Positions 1-10,291 of a stretch of DNA of 64,000 bases are shown here, one piece after another. Each line of letters starts with the position of its first letter. The first letter of the stretch is position 1. A model generated the notes under the pieces. It ran no database searches, had not been told where the DNA came from, and worked only from the letters and a program-made list of their open reading frames with translations. Source of the stretch: an uncultured Gammaproteobacteria bacterium (lineage in GTDB: Bacteria > Pseudomonadota > Gammaproteobacteria > DRLM01); NCBI GenBank assembly GCA_963729605.1, contig CAVSNY010000007.1, positions 544,001 through 608,000 of the forward strand, given 5' to 3'. The translations under genes were made by a program, and so were the position numbers.

Positions 1-2
1 AC

Positions 3-1037
3 GTGGCGGAGGCGGGCGACGTCAATCTGCTCGCGCAAAAAATTCTCGATGTGTTGAAGCCGCCGTTCTCGATCAACGAGACCACTTTGCACGTCACCGC
101 CAGTATCGGCATCAGTCTGTTTCCCGGCGACGGCGATGATTCGGGCAGTCTGCTGCGCAACGCCGACAACGCCATGTACCGCGCCAAGGAATTGGGCCGC
201 AATAACTATCAGTTTTATTCCTCCGAGATGGGCGCCCGCGCCCTGGCGCGCCTTACCTTGGAAAACAGCCTGCGCCGCGCTTTGGAGAACAAGGAGTTCG
301 TGCTGCATTATCAGCCGCAGGTGGACGCCCGCGATGGACGGGTGGTGGGCGTCGAGGCCTTGCTGCGCTGGCAACATCCGGAACTGGGGCTGATGCCGCC
401 CTTGGAATTCGTGCCGCTGCTGGAAGAGACCGGCCTGATCGTCCCGGTCGGCCAGTGGGTGCTGCAAACCGCCTGCGAGCAATTGGCGGCTTGGCGGCGG
501 CAGGGCTGGCCGAGTCTGCGCATGGCGGTGAATATCTCCAGCCGCCAGTTCGAACACGCCAGCCTGCCGGGCACGGTGGCAGAGGCCTTGTTTTCCTGCG
601 GGCTCGCGGCGGCGGATTTGGAGCTGGAAATCACCGAGAGCATTCTGATGCATCAAGGCCCCGCGACGGCTTCGGCCTTGGAGGCCTTGACTGTTTTAGG
701 CGTGCGGCTCGGCATGGATGATTTCGGCACCGGCTATTCGTCGCTGGGTTATCTGCGCCGATTCCCTATCGACACCTTGAAGATCGACCGTTCCTTCATC
801 CGCGACATCCCCGGCGACACGGAAGACGCCGCCATCACCCACGCGATCATCGTGATGGGCCAGAGTCTGAAGTTGGAACTGGTTGCCGAGGGCGTGGAGA
901 CCGCCGAGCAGCGGGCCTTCCTGCTTTCCCATCACTGTCATTTGATGCAGGGCTATTTCTTCAGCCCGCCGTTGCCGCCGGAGGGTTTGACGCGTTACCT
1001 GGCCTCGGTGCAAGGCGGGCAAGGGATGGGGATTTGA
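3..1037 (+). CDS. GGDEF-EAL c-di-GMP signalling protein, 5' truncated by window
   Basis: End of GGDEF domain (ASIG...ADNAMYRAK), then EAL domain ([20 protein letters not shown]). Confidence 0.9.
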   Translation: MAEAGDVNLLAQKILDVLKPPFSINETTLHVTASIGISLFPGDGDDSGSLLRNADNAMYRAKELGRNNYQFYSSEMGARALARLTLENSLRRALENKEFVLHYQPQVDARDGRVVGVEALLRWQHPELGLMPPLEFVPLLEETGLIVPVGQWVLQTACEQLAAWRRQGWPSLRMAVNISSRQFEHASLPGTVAEALFSCGLAAADLELEITESILMHQGPATASALEALTVLGVRLGMDDFGTGYSSLGYLRRFPIDTLKIDRSFIRDIPGDTEDAAITHAIIVMGQSLKLELVAEGVETAEQRAFLLSHHCHLMQGYFFSPPLPPEGLTRYLASVQGGQGMGI

Positions 1038-1068
1038 GCGGGCTCTGCGCCCGCGCGCTCCTTAGGTT

Positions 1069-1225
1069 TTAAGGAACCTCTGATTTATTAGAGGTTCCAT
1101 GCGGTGCAGGGATGCGCCGCCTTTCTCGAACACGTGCGTGTTCGAGAAAGGCGGAAAACAAAAATCCCATTTTTTGGTTTTCGTCTCTGAAAAATCCAGG
1201 GATGGATTTTTCAGAGCTTACTTAA
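1069..1225. repeat. MITE-like palindromic element
   Basis: Terminal inverted repeats TTAAGGAACCTCTGA / TCAGAGCTTACTTAA (2 mismatches) enclose three nested hairpins. Confidence 0.65.
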
Positions 1226-1324
1226 GTGCAGCCGCCAAGACCGAGCGCCCAGTTTTTTCTTTTGGTCGATGAATTTTTCCTGGCGTGTTGGCCGGCCGAT
1301 CGGCTTGCACCGTCCGGCGCGCGG

Positions 1325-2392
1325 CTATCGCAAATTCAAGGGGTCGGCGGGGTCCACGCCGTTCATGAAGGGCAGGCGGCGGTCCTGGTTAGTGATCTGG
1401 TACACCTTGCCCATCCAGTTGTTGATCACCGCTTCGGCGGTGTCGTGCCAGGTATTGTCGAGATCGGGCAGGAGCACGCTTTCCGGCAGTTCCGGCGCCG
1501 GCGCGTGACCTTGCCGCGCGGCGTTGACCCGTTCCTTGTGTTCGTCGAGTATCGCCTGGCCGCGCGGGGTGAAGTAGTTTTCCGGGAAGGGCGGATAATC
1601 GTCGCGGGCGCCTTCGACATAACGTCCCACCTCGCGTTTGTATTCCTTGAGCAGGCTGATGGTGTCGTATTCCGGATGGCCTTGGAAGAACACCAGGCGG
1701 AACAGATCCTCGCTCACCGCGAGGTGCACGCCCGCTTCCTTGCTCTCCACCAGCACTTGCAGGCCCGCCGCCTCGAATTGGGCGCGGCCCACGTCGTTGA
1801 AACGCGAATGGGGTACGTCGAAACGGGTGTTGATGCCTTGCGCCAGCGGGTGATGCAAATCCACTACCCGGTGCGAGAACACGCCCCAGCGCTTGTAGCC
1901 GAGGTGGCGGCGCTTCTGGCCGTAGCGGAATTGCAGCACCGCATGGGTGGCGAGACAGGAACAAAGGGTGGAGGTGACGTTGTCGTAGGCCCAGTCGATC
2001 ACCTCGATCAGCGGCCGCCAGAACGGTTCCAGGGCGAGGTCGGGCTGGGTGACGTTGGCGCCGGTGATGATCAGCGCGTCCAGGCCGTCGGCCTTGATCT
2101 GTTCGAAACTCTCGTAATATTGCCCGATATGCGCGCGCCCCTCCGGCCCGCGCGCGAGTTCTTTGAGCGTGAAGGGGTGCATGTAGAATTGGGCGATCTG
2201 ATTGCTCTCGCCCACCAGCCGGAAGAATTGGCGCTCGGTGGCGGTGAGCGCGGCGTCGGGCATCATGTTGAGCAGGCCGATGTGCAGCTCGCGGATGTCC
2301 TGTTGCAGGGCCGCGTCGCGGGGCAGTACGGCGCCGCCTTCTTTTTGTATCCGTTCGAAGGCGGGAAGTTGGGAATTGGCGACCAGGGGCAT
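1325..2392 (-). CDS. metA: Homoserine O-succinyl/acetyltransferase
   Basis: IGLLNMMPD...TERQF, IITGA, CSCLATHA, PHSR, QGHPEYD motifs. Confidence 0.93.
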   Translation of the reverse strand: MPLVANSQLPAFERIQKEGGAVLPRDAALQQDIRELHIGLLNMMPDAALTATERQFFRLVGESNQIAQFYMHPFTLKELARGPEGRAHIGQYYESFEQIKADGLDALIITGANVTQPDLALEPFWRPLIEVIDWAYDNVTSTLCSCLATHAVLQFRYGQKRRHLGYKRWGVFSHRVVDLHHPLAQGINTRFDVPHSRFNDVGRAQFEAAGLQVLVESKEAGVHLAVSEDLFRLVFFQGHPEYDTISLLKEYKREVGRYVEGARDDYPPFPENYFTPRGQAILDEHKERVNAARQGHAPAPELPESVLLPDLDNTWHDTAEAVINNWMGKVYQITNQDRRLPFMNGVDPADPLNLR

Positions 2393-2422
2393 GTCAGTTT
2401 GCTCGCGGGCTGATGACTGAAG

Positions 2423-3268
2423 TCACGATTGTTGTTCCACCGCCGTTTCCACCAACCGCAGAAAATCGGCCTCGGTCTCGACCTCGGCGAGTTGGGTGGT
2501 GGTGATGGTGTATCCGTATTGTCCGGCGATGGCTTGATAGCGCGGGATGCGCGAATAAAACAGCCGCGGGAACATCCAGCGCACGAAATCGTCGGGGTCT
2601 ATCATCGCCACGTAGGACAGGTCGCGCTCGCGCATGTAGATGTCGAGCTGCTCGACGAGAAAGGTCTCGCGGTAATAAAGCGGTTTGGGCGCCGACACGG
2701 CGCGGCGGATCAGTTCCTGTTCGTCCTGTTCGGTGGCCTTGATGTAGAGGATCAGACTGTGCTCGGCGAGCACTTGCAGCGCCTCGGGGTCGTCGAGCTC
2801 GCAGACACTGCCGCCGGCGTCGTTGACGAAATGGCGATAACCGTAGATATCCTGAGCCTTGCGGATGAATTCCGGCACGTCCTTCATCGCCGCGATCTCG
2901 GCCTGGCGGTGCAGCTCCTGGCGGCGCTTGAATTCCTTGAGCGGCAGACCGCCCTGTTCCGGGTCGCCCAATTTGCCGAGGAAACTCGACACCGGGCGGA
3001 GATTGTCGACGGTGATGTTGTTGACGATGTAGATCGAATCCGAGCGCAGCAGGTCGCGCAGGAAGGGAATGGCCATGGCCTGCTGCTTGATGTTGTCGAG
3101 GATGGGTTCGTCGAGATAACGGGTGCCGATACGGTAGTCACCCGAATAGTGGAACCAGTTGTGGGCGCGCAGCATCACCGACAGGCAGGTCTTGCCCACC
3201 CCGGACATGCCGAGCAAGGTGATGCACTTGTGTTCCCAGTTGCGGAATTGGTCGACGCTCAGCTTCAC
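2423..3268 (-). CDS. Conserved P-loop ATPase/kinase-like protein upstream of metA
   Basis: Walker A GMSGVGKT, DYRIGTRYL, DAGGS; co-oriented and close to metA. Confidence 0.8.
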   Translation of the reverse strand: MKLSVDQFRNWEHKCITLLGMSGVGKTCLSVMLRAHNWFHYSGDYRIGTRYLDEPILDNIKQQAMAIPFLRDLLRSDSIYIVNNITVDNLRPVSSFLGKLGDPEQGGLPLKEFKRRQELHRQAEIAAMKDVPEFIRKAQDIYGYRHFVNDAGGSVCELDDPEALQVLAEHSLILYIKATEQDEQELIRRAVSAPKPLYYRETFLVEQLDIYMRERDLSYVAMIDPDDFVRWMFPRLFYSRIPRYQAIAGQYGYTITTTQLAEVETEADFLRLVETAVEQQS

Positions 3269-3363
3269 GGTTCTGCTCCAGGCGGCGACGTGCCGCGTCG
3301 GCTATTGTGTCAGATGGGCGCGTCAATGAAAAATAGGCCGGGCCTCGGTAAAGGAGCGAGCAG

Positions 3364-4221
3364 ATGATTCATACCACGCTGATTACGCCGGCCGTGCTGG
3401 CGGCGCATCTCGATCATCCCGGCTGGGTGGTGATCGACTGCCGCTTTTCCCTGACCGATCCCGCCGCGGGGGAGCGCGCCTATCGGGAGGGGCATATCCC
3501 GGGCGCGCGTTACGCCCACCTCGATCGCGACCTCACCGCGCCGGTCACCCCGGCCAGCGGTCGTCACCCCTTGCCGGCGCCGGAATGGCTGGCGGTCAAA
3601 CTCGGCGTCTGGGGGGTGGCCGCCGACAGTCAGGTGGTGGTGTATGACGACGCGGGCGGCGCCTTTGCCGCGCGGCTGTGGTGGCTGTTGCGCTGGCTGG
3701 GCCACGCCGCGGTCGCCGTGCTCGACGGTGGTCTGCCGCGCTGGCGGCGTGAAGGCCGGCCGGTGAGCGAGGCGCTGCCGTCAGTTATGGCGGTGACGTT
3801 CACGCCGCGCGCCGCCCTCGGCCAGGCCGTCACCGTCGAGCGGCTGCAACGGGAATTGGCGGCGGGCGAGGGCGTGGTGCTGGACGCCCGCGCGCCGGCG
3901 CGTTTCTGCGGCGAGGTCGAGCCCATCGATCCGGTGGCGGGGCATGTGCCCGGCGCGCGCAACCGGCCGTTGCAGGACAATCTCGACGGGCAGGCGTGTT
4001 TTCTTGCCGCCGGCGAACTCCGGCGCCAATTCCAGCAACTGCTCGGCGCGACGCCGCCGGAGCAAGTGGTGCATATGTGCGGTTCCGGCGTCACGGCCTG
4101 CCACAATCTGCTGGCGATGGAGCACGCCGGTCTGCCCGGCTCGCGGCTGTACGCCGGTTCGTGGAGCGAATGGATACGCGACCCGGCGCGGCCGGTGGCG
4201 CGGGGTCGTCGCGATGGGTAG
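3364..4221 (+). CDS. sseA: Sulfurtransferase (tandem rhodanese, SseA-like)
   Basis: GHIPGA, CGSGVTAC active-site loop, LYAGSWSEW. Confidence 0.9.
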   Translation: MIHTTLITPAVLAAHLDHPGWVVIDCRFSLTDPAAGERAYREGHIPGARYAHLDRDLTAPVTPASGRHPLPAPEWLAVKLGVWGVAADSQVVVYDDAGGAFAARLWWLLRWLGHAAVAVLDGGLPRWRREGRPVSEALPSVMAVTFTPRAALGQAVTVERLQRELAAGEGVVLDARAPARFCGEVEPIDPVAGHVPGARNRPLQDNLDGQACFLAAGELRRQFQQLLGATPPEQVVHMCGSGVTACHNLLAMEHAGLPGSRLYAGSWSEWIRDPARPVARGRRDG

Positions 4222-4280
4222 CCGCGGTTATAGTTATTCGTATTCCGAACGGCGCCGTCTGCGACGGCGGGAGGACAGGT

Positions 4281-4847
4281 ATGTCGATGCGAGATGAACG
4301 CAAATTCATTCATGTGGTGGACGGTGAAGACCGGATCATTGCCGTCAACCCGGCGTGGCGTGAATTCGCCGAGGAAAACGCCAGCCCGGCCCTGGCGGCC
4401 GCGGTAATCGGCCGGCCCTTGTGGGAGTATATTTGCGATCCCGACACCATCCATTTGTATCAAGTATTGCTGGAGCGGGCGCGGAAGGGCGCCAAGCCGG
4501 CGCGAGTCCCGTTTCGTTGCGATTCACCGACCCTGCGCCGTTTCATGGTGATGGAGTTGATCCACCAAGAGGACGGATCGGTACGGTTTACTTCCTGGAT
4601 GGATGGCCAGGAAGCGCGTCCTTTTATGGCCTTGCTCGATCCCGCGCAGGCGCGCGACGAGGCCCTGTTGAAGATGTGCGGCTGGTGCAAGAAAATCGAG
4701 GGCGCGGACGACGAGTGGCTGGAGGTGGAGGCCGCGGTGGCGCGGCTCGGCTTGTTCGATGCGGTGACGGTGCCCCGGCTTACCCACACCATGTGTCATG
4801 CTTGCTACGCCCGCTTGTATGAAGACGATGCCGAGGAATCCTCCTGA
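4281..4847 (+). CDS. PAS-like domain protein with C-terminal CxxC...CxxC motif
   Basis: GGAGG RBS before ATG 4281; IIAVNPAWREF PAS-like start; MCGWCKK and HTMCHAC. Confidence 0.75.
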   Translation: MSMRDERKFIHVVDGEDRIIAVNPAWREFAEENASPALAAAVIGRPLWEYICDPDTIHLYQVLLERARKGAKPARVPFRCDSPTLRRFMVMELIHQEDGSVRFTSWMDGQEARPFMALLDPAQARDEALLKMCGWCKKIEGADDEWLEVEAAVARLGLFDAVTVPRLTHTMCHACYARLYEDDAEESS

Positions 4848-5165
4848 AGCGACAGCGCCGGGCGGGCTGCCCCCGCGGAATAAATTTTTTATTTGATGAT
4901 TCTGGCGTCCGGCCGCACGGCGGGTTACTCTGTTCATGGATCTCGCGGCGGGCGGCGCATCGGCATCGATGCCGGCCTCGACCTTGGATCTAGCCGTTGC
5001 TGGATGTCCGCGAACCGGGTTTTACCGGACTTGCGGCGCCCTCGACCCACCCGGCCCGTCCGGTCATGAAGTAGGCGAGAACGGCTTCAAAGGCAATTCG
5101 CGGCCACACGGTCGGCGCGGCCGCGCTTCGTAAGACTTATCACCCAATCCTTGAAGGAGAAAATC

Positions 5166-5567
5166 ATGAAATTGATGCGGCGTATGGCGCGGAGCGTATG
5201 TGGGGTGCTCATCATGAGCGTCATGATGTTGAGCATACAGGCGCCGGCCGTGGCCGGTATGGTGGGTACCGGCGAAGTCATCGCGCAACAGCAGCAGACG
5301 CTGGACCGCGGCCAGTTGCTCGGCGCCCTGGCGCAAGAGGACGTGCGTGCGCAGCTGGTGGCCTTGGGCGTGGATCCCGAGCAGGCCGCGGCGCGGGTCG
5401 CCGCGCTCAGCGACGAGGAACTGCAACTCCTCGCCGCGCAAATGGACGAGATGCCCGCCGGCGGCAGTGTGCTGGGCGTTGCGGTATTCATCTTCCTGGT
5501 GCTGCTGGCCACCGACATCCTCGGTTTCACCGACGTCTTTCCCTTCGTGAAGAAAACGGTGCATTGA
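5166..5567 (+). CDS. PA2779-family secreted protein
   Basis: Signal peptide, AARVAALSDEEL...PAGG, TDILGFTDVFPF. Confidence 0.85.
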   Translation: MKLMRRMARSVCGVLIMSVMMLSIQAPAVAGMVGTGEVIAQQQQTLDRGQLLGALAQEDVRAQLVALGVDPEQAAARVAALSDEELQLLAAQMDEMPAGGSVLGVAVFIFLVLLATDILGFTDVFPFVKKTVH

Positions 5568-6553
5568 GCGCCGCGCGTGCCGGTCGGGTGAGGCGCCGGT
5601 GCGCCGCCGCCCGGGGCTGGCCGGGCGCGCTGTTGCTGGTTCTGCTGTTGAGCGCCTGCGCGGCGCCGCTCCAATCCACCGCCTGGCGGCAGGCGCCGCC
5701 CGACCACCTCCGCCAGCCGGTGGAGCTCAGCGCCGTGCCGTTTTTCCCGCAAACGCCTTTTCAATGCGGTCCGGCGGCCTTGGCCACGCTGCTGGTGTGG
5801 AGCGGGGTGGAGGTGGTGCCGGAAGACCTCGTTCCGCAAGTTTATCTGCCGGAACGGCAGGGGAGCTTGCAGTCGGAACTGCTGGCCGCCGGCCGCCGCC
5901 ACGGCCGCGTGCCTTACGTGCTGGCGCGCGATCTCGACGCCCTGTTGCGGGAAGTGGCGGCGGGCCATCCGGTCATCGTCTTGCAGAATCTCGGTCTGAA
6001 CTGGTATCCCCGCTGGCATTACGCGGTGGTGGTGGGGTTTGACCTGGCGCGTGACGAAGTGGTGTTGCGTTCCGGCGGCGAGGCGCGCCATCGGCTGTCG
6101 CTCGCCACCTTCGAGCGCACCTGGCGGCGGGGTGGTGAATGGGCGGCGGTGGTGCTGCCGCCCAGCCGGTTGCCGGCCACCGCCGATGAATTGAGCTATG
6201 TGCGGGCGGTCAGCGTGTTGGAGAAACTGGATGAAGGCCGCACCGCCGGCGCCGCTTATGAGACCGCGACCCGGCGCTGGCCCGGGAGTAGCGTGGCCTG
6301 GTTCGGCCTCGGCAACAGCGCCTATGCGCAAGGCCGTTATGCCGAGGCCGGGCAGGCCTATCGGCGCATCTTGGCCCTGGAACCCGCCCACGGGCCGGCG
6401 TTGAATAATCTGGCGAATACCTTGCTGCAACAAGGCGAACTGGCCGAGGCGGAGCGTTACGCCCTGGCCGCGCTGGCGGTGGATGCCGATCAGGCGGCGT
6501 ATGCCGACACGCTGCGCGAGATCAGGACGCGGATGGCGCGCCCTGATCATTGA
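5564..6553 (+). CDS. PA2778-family C39-like cysteine peptidase lipoprotein with TPR repeats
   Basis: Lipobox LSAC, QCGPAALA, WHYAVVVGFD, C-terminal TPRs; start codon uncertain. Confidence 0.85.
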   Translation: MSAARAGRVRRRCAAARGWPGALLLVLLLSACAAPLQSTAWRQAPPDHLRQPVELSAVPFFPQTPFQCGPAALATLLVWSGVEVVPEDLVPQVYLPERQGSLQSELLAAGRRHGRVPYVLARDLDALLREVAAGHPVIVLQNLGLNWYPRWHYAVVVGFDLARDEVVLRSGGEARHRLSLATFERTWRRGGEWAAVVLPPSRLPATADELSYVRAVSVLEKLDEGRTAGAAYETATRRWPGSSVAWFGLGNSAYAQGRYAEAGQAYRRILALEPAHGPALNNLANTLLQQGELAEAERYALAALAVDADQAAYADTLREIRTRMARPDH

Positions 6554-6698
6554 ACCGCCAATGAGATTTTCAGGCCTCCCGACCCGGCGCGCAACGCCGC
6601 AGCCGGGGCCGGCTTGCCTCCTCCCGCCGATGGGATCATGATGAATTTTCATATCACCGCCCTGGACACGGCTGAGCCGTTCAGCGAAAGGAGCCGCG

Positions 6699-7367
6699 AT
6701 GGACGCAAGTAAAAACATACTCATGGTGACTACCAGTTATGGTCGTATCGACGAGGCCCATCCCACCGGTTTGTGGTTCGAGGAGTTCGCCATCCCCTTC
6801 GAACGTTTCACCGCCGAAGGCCACGTGGTGACGGTGGCCAGCATCAAGGGCGGCAAGGTGCCGGTGGACCCCCGCAGCGAACCCGCCGACGAGCAGTCGC
6901 TGGCGGTCCGCGGTCCGCGCGAGGCCCTCAAGCATACCCAGCGTCTGCTGGAGCTGGACGTCAGTGACTACGACGCGGTGTTTTTCCCCGGCGGCCACGG
7001 CACCATGTTCGACTTTCCCCACAATCACGAAGTGGCGGCCGTGGTCAGCCGCTTTCTCGGCGACGGCAAAGTGGTCGCCGCCGTCTGCCACGGCCCCGCC
7101 GCCCTGGTGGAGGCCAAGGACCGCCACGGCGCGCCGCTGGTGCGGGGCCGTAAGCTGACGGCCTTCACCGACGCCGAGGAGCGCGAGGTGCAGCTGGATA
7201 CCCTGATGCCGTTTCTGCTGGAAACCCGGTTGCGGGAATTGGGCGCGCTGGTGCAGTCCGCGCCCAACTGGCGGGAACACGTGGTGGTGGACGGCACGCT
7301 GGTGACGGGACAGAACCCGCAATCCAGCGCCGCCGCCGCGAACGCGGTGCTGCGTTTATTGGCGTGA
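6699..7367 (+). CDS. DJ-1/PfpI family (glyoxalase III-like) protein
   Basis: TGLWFEE, PGGHG, AVCHGP, TGQNPQS. Confidence 0.9.
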   Translation: MDASKNILMVTTSYGRIDEAHPTGLWFEEFAIPFERFTAEGHVVTVASIKGGKVPVDPRSEPADEQSLAVRGPREALKHTQRLLELDVSDYDAVFFPGGHGTMFDFPHNHEVAAVVSRFLGDGKVVAAVCHGPAALVEAKDRHGAPLVRGRKLTAFTDAEEREVQLDTLMPFLLETRLRELGALVQSAPNWREHVVVDGTLVTGQNPQSSAAAANAVLRLLA

Positions 7368-7458
7368 AACCCGGGCGCGACGGAACGAGCGCGGCGGGTC
7401 GTCGCGGCGCGTTCACGGCGCCGGCGGGTGAGGCAATCACGATAGAGGAGAACCCCTG

Positions 7459-7854
7459 ATGGTGGAGAAGGTGAGCAAGTCCGAAGAGCAATGGCGCAAC
7501 GAACTCAACGAGGAACAATTCACGGTCTGCCGCCGCAAGGGCACCGAGGCGCCGTTCAGCGGTGAATATTGGGACAGCAAAGAGTCCGGCGTCTATCATT
7601 GCGTGTGTTGCGGCGCCGCCTTGTTCGACTCGGAGACCAAATTCGATTCCGGCACCGGCTGGCCCAGTTTTTATCAGCCGGTGGACGGTCATATCGCTAC
7701 CCAGCGCGACGCCAGCCACGGCATGACCCGCACCGAGGTGATGTGCAAGGCCTGCGGCGCCCACTTGGGCCATGTGTTCGACGACGGCCCCCAACCCTCC
7801 GGTCTGCGTTATTGCATCAACTCGGTGGCGCTCAAACTCGAGCCGGAGAAATAA
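7459..7854 (+). CDS. msrB: Peptide-methionine (R)-S-oxide reductase
   Basis: [30 protein letters not shown]. Confidence 0.95.
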   Translation: MVEKVSKSEEQWRNELNEEQFTVCRRKGTEAPFSGEYWDSKESGVYHCVCCGAALFDSETKFDSGTGWPSFYQPVDGHIATQRDASHGMTRTEVMCKACGAHLGHVFDDGPQPSGLRYCINSVALKLEPEK

Positions 7855-7873
7855 CGCTGAAACCGCGGATGCA

Positions 7874-7993
7874 AACCACGGAGATCACGGAGAATGAGGG
7901 TATTGCTGCGTTGGGCGGGTTCACCTGTAGTGTGACTGCGACAAGGGCATGCAGTCGTTGATGTTCCTCCGTGATCTCCGTGTCCTCCGTGGT
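7874..7993. repeat. Inverted-repeat element (ACCACGGAGATCACGGAG...CTCCGTGATCTCCGTGTCCTCCGTGGT)
   Basis: Inverted arms between convergent msrB and yrfG; similar layout at 46456-46552. Confidence 0.55.
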
Positions 7994-8119
7994 CAACGGC
8001 TTTTTTCAGGAGAACCGGTCTTCACGTGTTCGGCTGGACACGGCGAATCTAGCGAAGGCATCGCACCCTTCCATGGGTGGTCCCCCATCGCCCCGACCCG
8101 CGGCAAGCCACGAGGAATT

Positions 8120-8782
8120 TCAAGATTCAAGGGCGGGCGTGATGGTGCGGAAATCCCGCAGCGCGGCGAATTCGCCGGTATCGCCGCATGGACGGCGGCT
8201 GTCCGGTTGTCCTATCGCCAATAAATGCGCGATACCGTAGCGGCGCGCCGAACGCAGCACGTTCAGATTGTCGTCGATCAGCAGGCTGCGGTCGGGGGCG
8301 TAAGGGTGGCGCTCCGCCAGGTGCCGCCAGAACAGCGGGTCTTCCTTGGGATAACCGATGTCGTGGGCGCTGACGATGGCGTCGAGGTGATCGCCGAGCC
8401 GGGTGTACTCCAGCTTCAACGCCAGGCTTTGGTGGTGGGCGTTGGTCACCAGCAAGGCCCGCTTGCCCGCCGCGCGCAACGCGCGCAGGAAATCCAGCAC
8501 ATGGGGATGGACGGCGATCAAATGGGCGACTTCGCGCTTGAGCAAGGGGATGTCCAGCCCCAGTTCCCGCGACCAGTGATCGATGCAATACCAGTTCAGC
8601 GTGCCCTCGGTGCGCTTGAAGATCGGCTTGAGCACCGCCTTGGCGGTGTTGACGTCGAGGCCGCGGCTTAGCGCATAGCGGCGCGGTATCAGCTCTTGCC
8701 AGAACTGGTTGTCGTAGTGGAGGTCGAGCAGGGTGCCGTCCATGTCCAGCAGGACGCTGTCGATTTGTCGCCAATCTATCAT
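8120..8782 (-). CDS. yrfG: GMP/IMP nucleotidase (HAD family)
   Basis: DMDGTLLDLHYDNQFW, GYPKED, IDDN; divergent from nudE. Confidence 0.9.
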   Translation of the reverse strand: MIDWRQIDSVLLDMDGTLLDLHYDNQFWQELIPRRYALSRGLDVNTAKAVLKPIFKRTEGTLNWYCIDHWSRELGLDIPLLKREVAHLIAVHPHVLDFLRALRAAGKRALLVTNAHHQSLALKLEYTRLGDHLDAIVSAHDIGYPKEDPLFWRHLAERHPYAPDRSLLIDDNLNVLRSARRYGIAHLLAIGQPDSRRPCGDTGEFAALRDFRTITPALES

Positions 8783-8874
8783 GCCGAACCGTCTACCGCC
8801 GTGCCAAACCAGAACTGAGGGGTGATAGTATACTAGCCCCGGCGCCCTACGGACCCGCAGTTTTAAGTCACTTT

Positions 8875-9435
8875 ATGCCGCGAAAGCCCAAAATCGTCAG
8901 CGTACAGACCGTCGCCCGTACCCGGCTCTTTCATGTCGAGGCGGTGGGCCTCGAGTTTTCCAACGGCACCGTGGTGAGTTACGAGCGGCTCAGCGCCTCG
9001 CCGCGCGGGGCGGTGCTGGTGGTGCCGATGCTGGACGACGATACGGTGCTGCTGATCCGCGAATACGCCGCCGGGGTCCACCGCTACGAATTGGGCTTGC
9101 CCAAGGGTTTGATCGAAGCGGAGGAAGGGGTGCTGGAGGCGGCCAATCGCGAACTGATGGAGGAGGTCGGCTACGCCGCGCGGCGTTTGCGGCAGGTGAC
9201 TTCATTCACCCTGGCGCCGGGTTATTTCGGCCATGTCACCCATGTGGTGTGCGCCCAGGATTTGTATCCGCAGCGGCGTCCCGGCGATGAGCCGGAAGAG
9301 ATCGAGGTGGTGCCCTGGCGCTTGAGCGAGCTTAAGAGTTTACTGTCGCAGGACGATTGTACCGAGGCGCGCAGCATCGCCGCGCTTTACATGGTGCGCG
9401 ACCTGCTGAGCGACGAACGAGAGGGAGGTTTTTAA
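8875..9435 (+). CDS. nudE: ADP compounds hydrolase
   Basis: Nudix box PKGLIE...AANRELMEEVG, GDEPE, EARSIAAL. Confidence 0.92.
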   Translation: MPRKPKIVSVQTVARTRLFHVEAVGLEFSNGTVVSYERLSASPRGAVLVVPMLDDDTVLLIREYAAGVHRYELGLPKGLIEAEEGVLEAANRELMEEVGYAARRLRQVTSFTLAPGYFGHVTHVVCAQDLYPQRRPGDEPEEIEVVPWRLSELKSLLSQDDCTEARSIAALYMVRDLLSDEREGGF

Positions 9436-10262
9436 TGAGTGGTTTGAAAAATCCGGCTGACTGGTTGCCGGAGGTGGTGGCCTTGGCCGAGGAGGCGGGA
9501 CGCAAGATCATGGAGGTCTACGCCCGCGGTTTCGACATCGAGCAAAAACACGACCGCTCGCCGCTCACCGAGGCGGACATGGCCGCCCATCACGTCATCA
9601 ACGCCGGCCTGAATAAACTGGCCCCCGGGGTGCCGGTGTTGTCCGAGGAAGCGGCCGACATCCCTTACGCCACCCGCGCGCAATGGCGCCGTTATTGGCT
9701 GGTCGATCCCCTCGACGGCACCCGCGAATTCATCAAGCGCAACGGCGAATTCACCGTCAACATCGCCTTGATCGACGAGCAGCGGCCGGTGCTCGGCGTG
9801 ATCTACGTGCCGGTGAGCGGCGTGAATTATTACGCCTGCGCCGGCCAGGGCGCCTACCGCACGGCGCCGGGCGAGGCGGCGCGGGCGATCAAGGTGCGGC
9901 CGTGGCGGGGCGGCCATATCGCGGTGGCCGGCAGCCGCTCCCATCGCGACGAAAGCTTCGACCGTTTCCTCGCGCAATTCCCCGACTACGAGATCATCTC
10001 CATGGGCAGTTCCCTCAAGTCCTGCCTGGTGGCCGAGGGCAAGGCGGATATTTATCCGCGCCTGGGTCCCACCTCGGAATGGGACACCGCCGCCGCGCAG
10101 TGCGTGGTGGAAGAGGCGGGCGGCAAATTGCTGGATCTGCGCTTGGCGCCCCTGCGTTATAACACCAAGGATTCCCTACTCAATCCCTCCTTCATCGTCT
10201 GCGGCGACACCCGCCACGATTGGGCGAAATACCTGTCGGCGGAGATCGTCGGACCCGGCTGA
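9435..10262 (+). CDS. cysQ: 3'(2'),5'-bisphosphate nucleotidase
   Basis: SPLTEAD, DPLDGTREF, GSSLK, PTSEWDTAA; ATG overlaps the nudE stop. Confidence 0.93.
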   Translation: MSGLKNPADWLPEVVALAEEAGRKIMEVYARGFDIEQKHDRSPLTEADMAAHHVINAGLNKLAPGVPVLSEEAADIPYATRAQWRRYWLVDPLDGTREFIKRNGEFTVNIALIDEQRPVLGVIYVPVSGVNYYACAGQGAYRTAPGEAARAIKVRPWRGGHIAVAGSRSHRDESFDRFLAQFPDYEIISMGSSLKSCLVAEGKADIYPRLGPTSEWDTAAAQCVVEEAGGKLLDLRLAPLRYNTKDSLLNPSFIVCGDTRHDWAKYLSAEIVGPG

Positions 10263-10291
10263 GCCTCCGGATCGCCGCCGCGGCCCCGCGC

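Noticed and set aside
1226-6724. Long antisense ORFs (1226-2413, 2429-3367, 5087-6724; likewise 16238-17794, 29248-30570, 62339-63907)
   Set aside because: They are shadow frames of well-supported GC-rich genes and carry no recognisable motifs.
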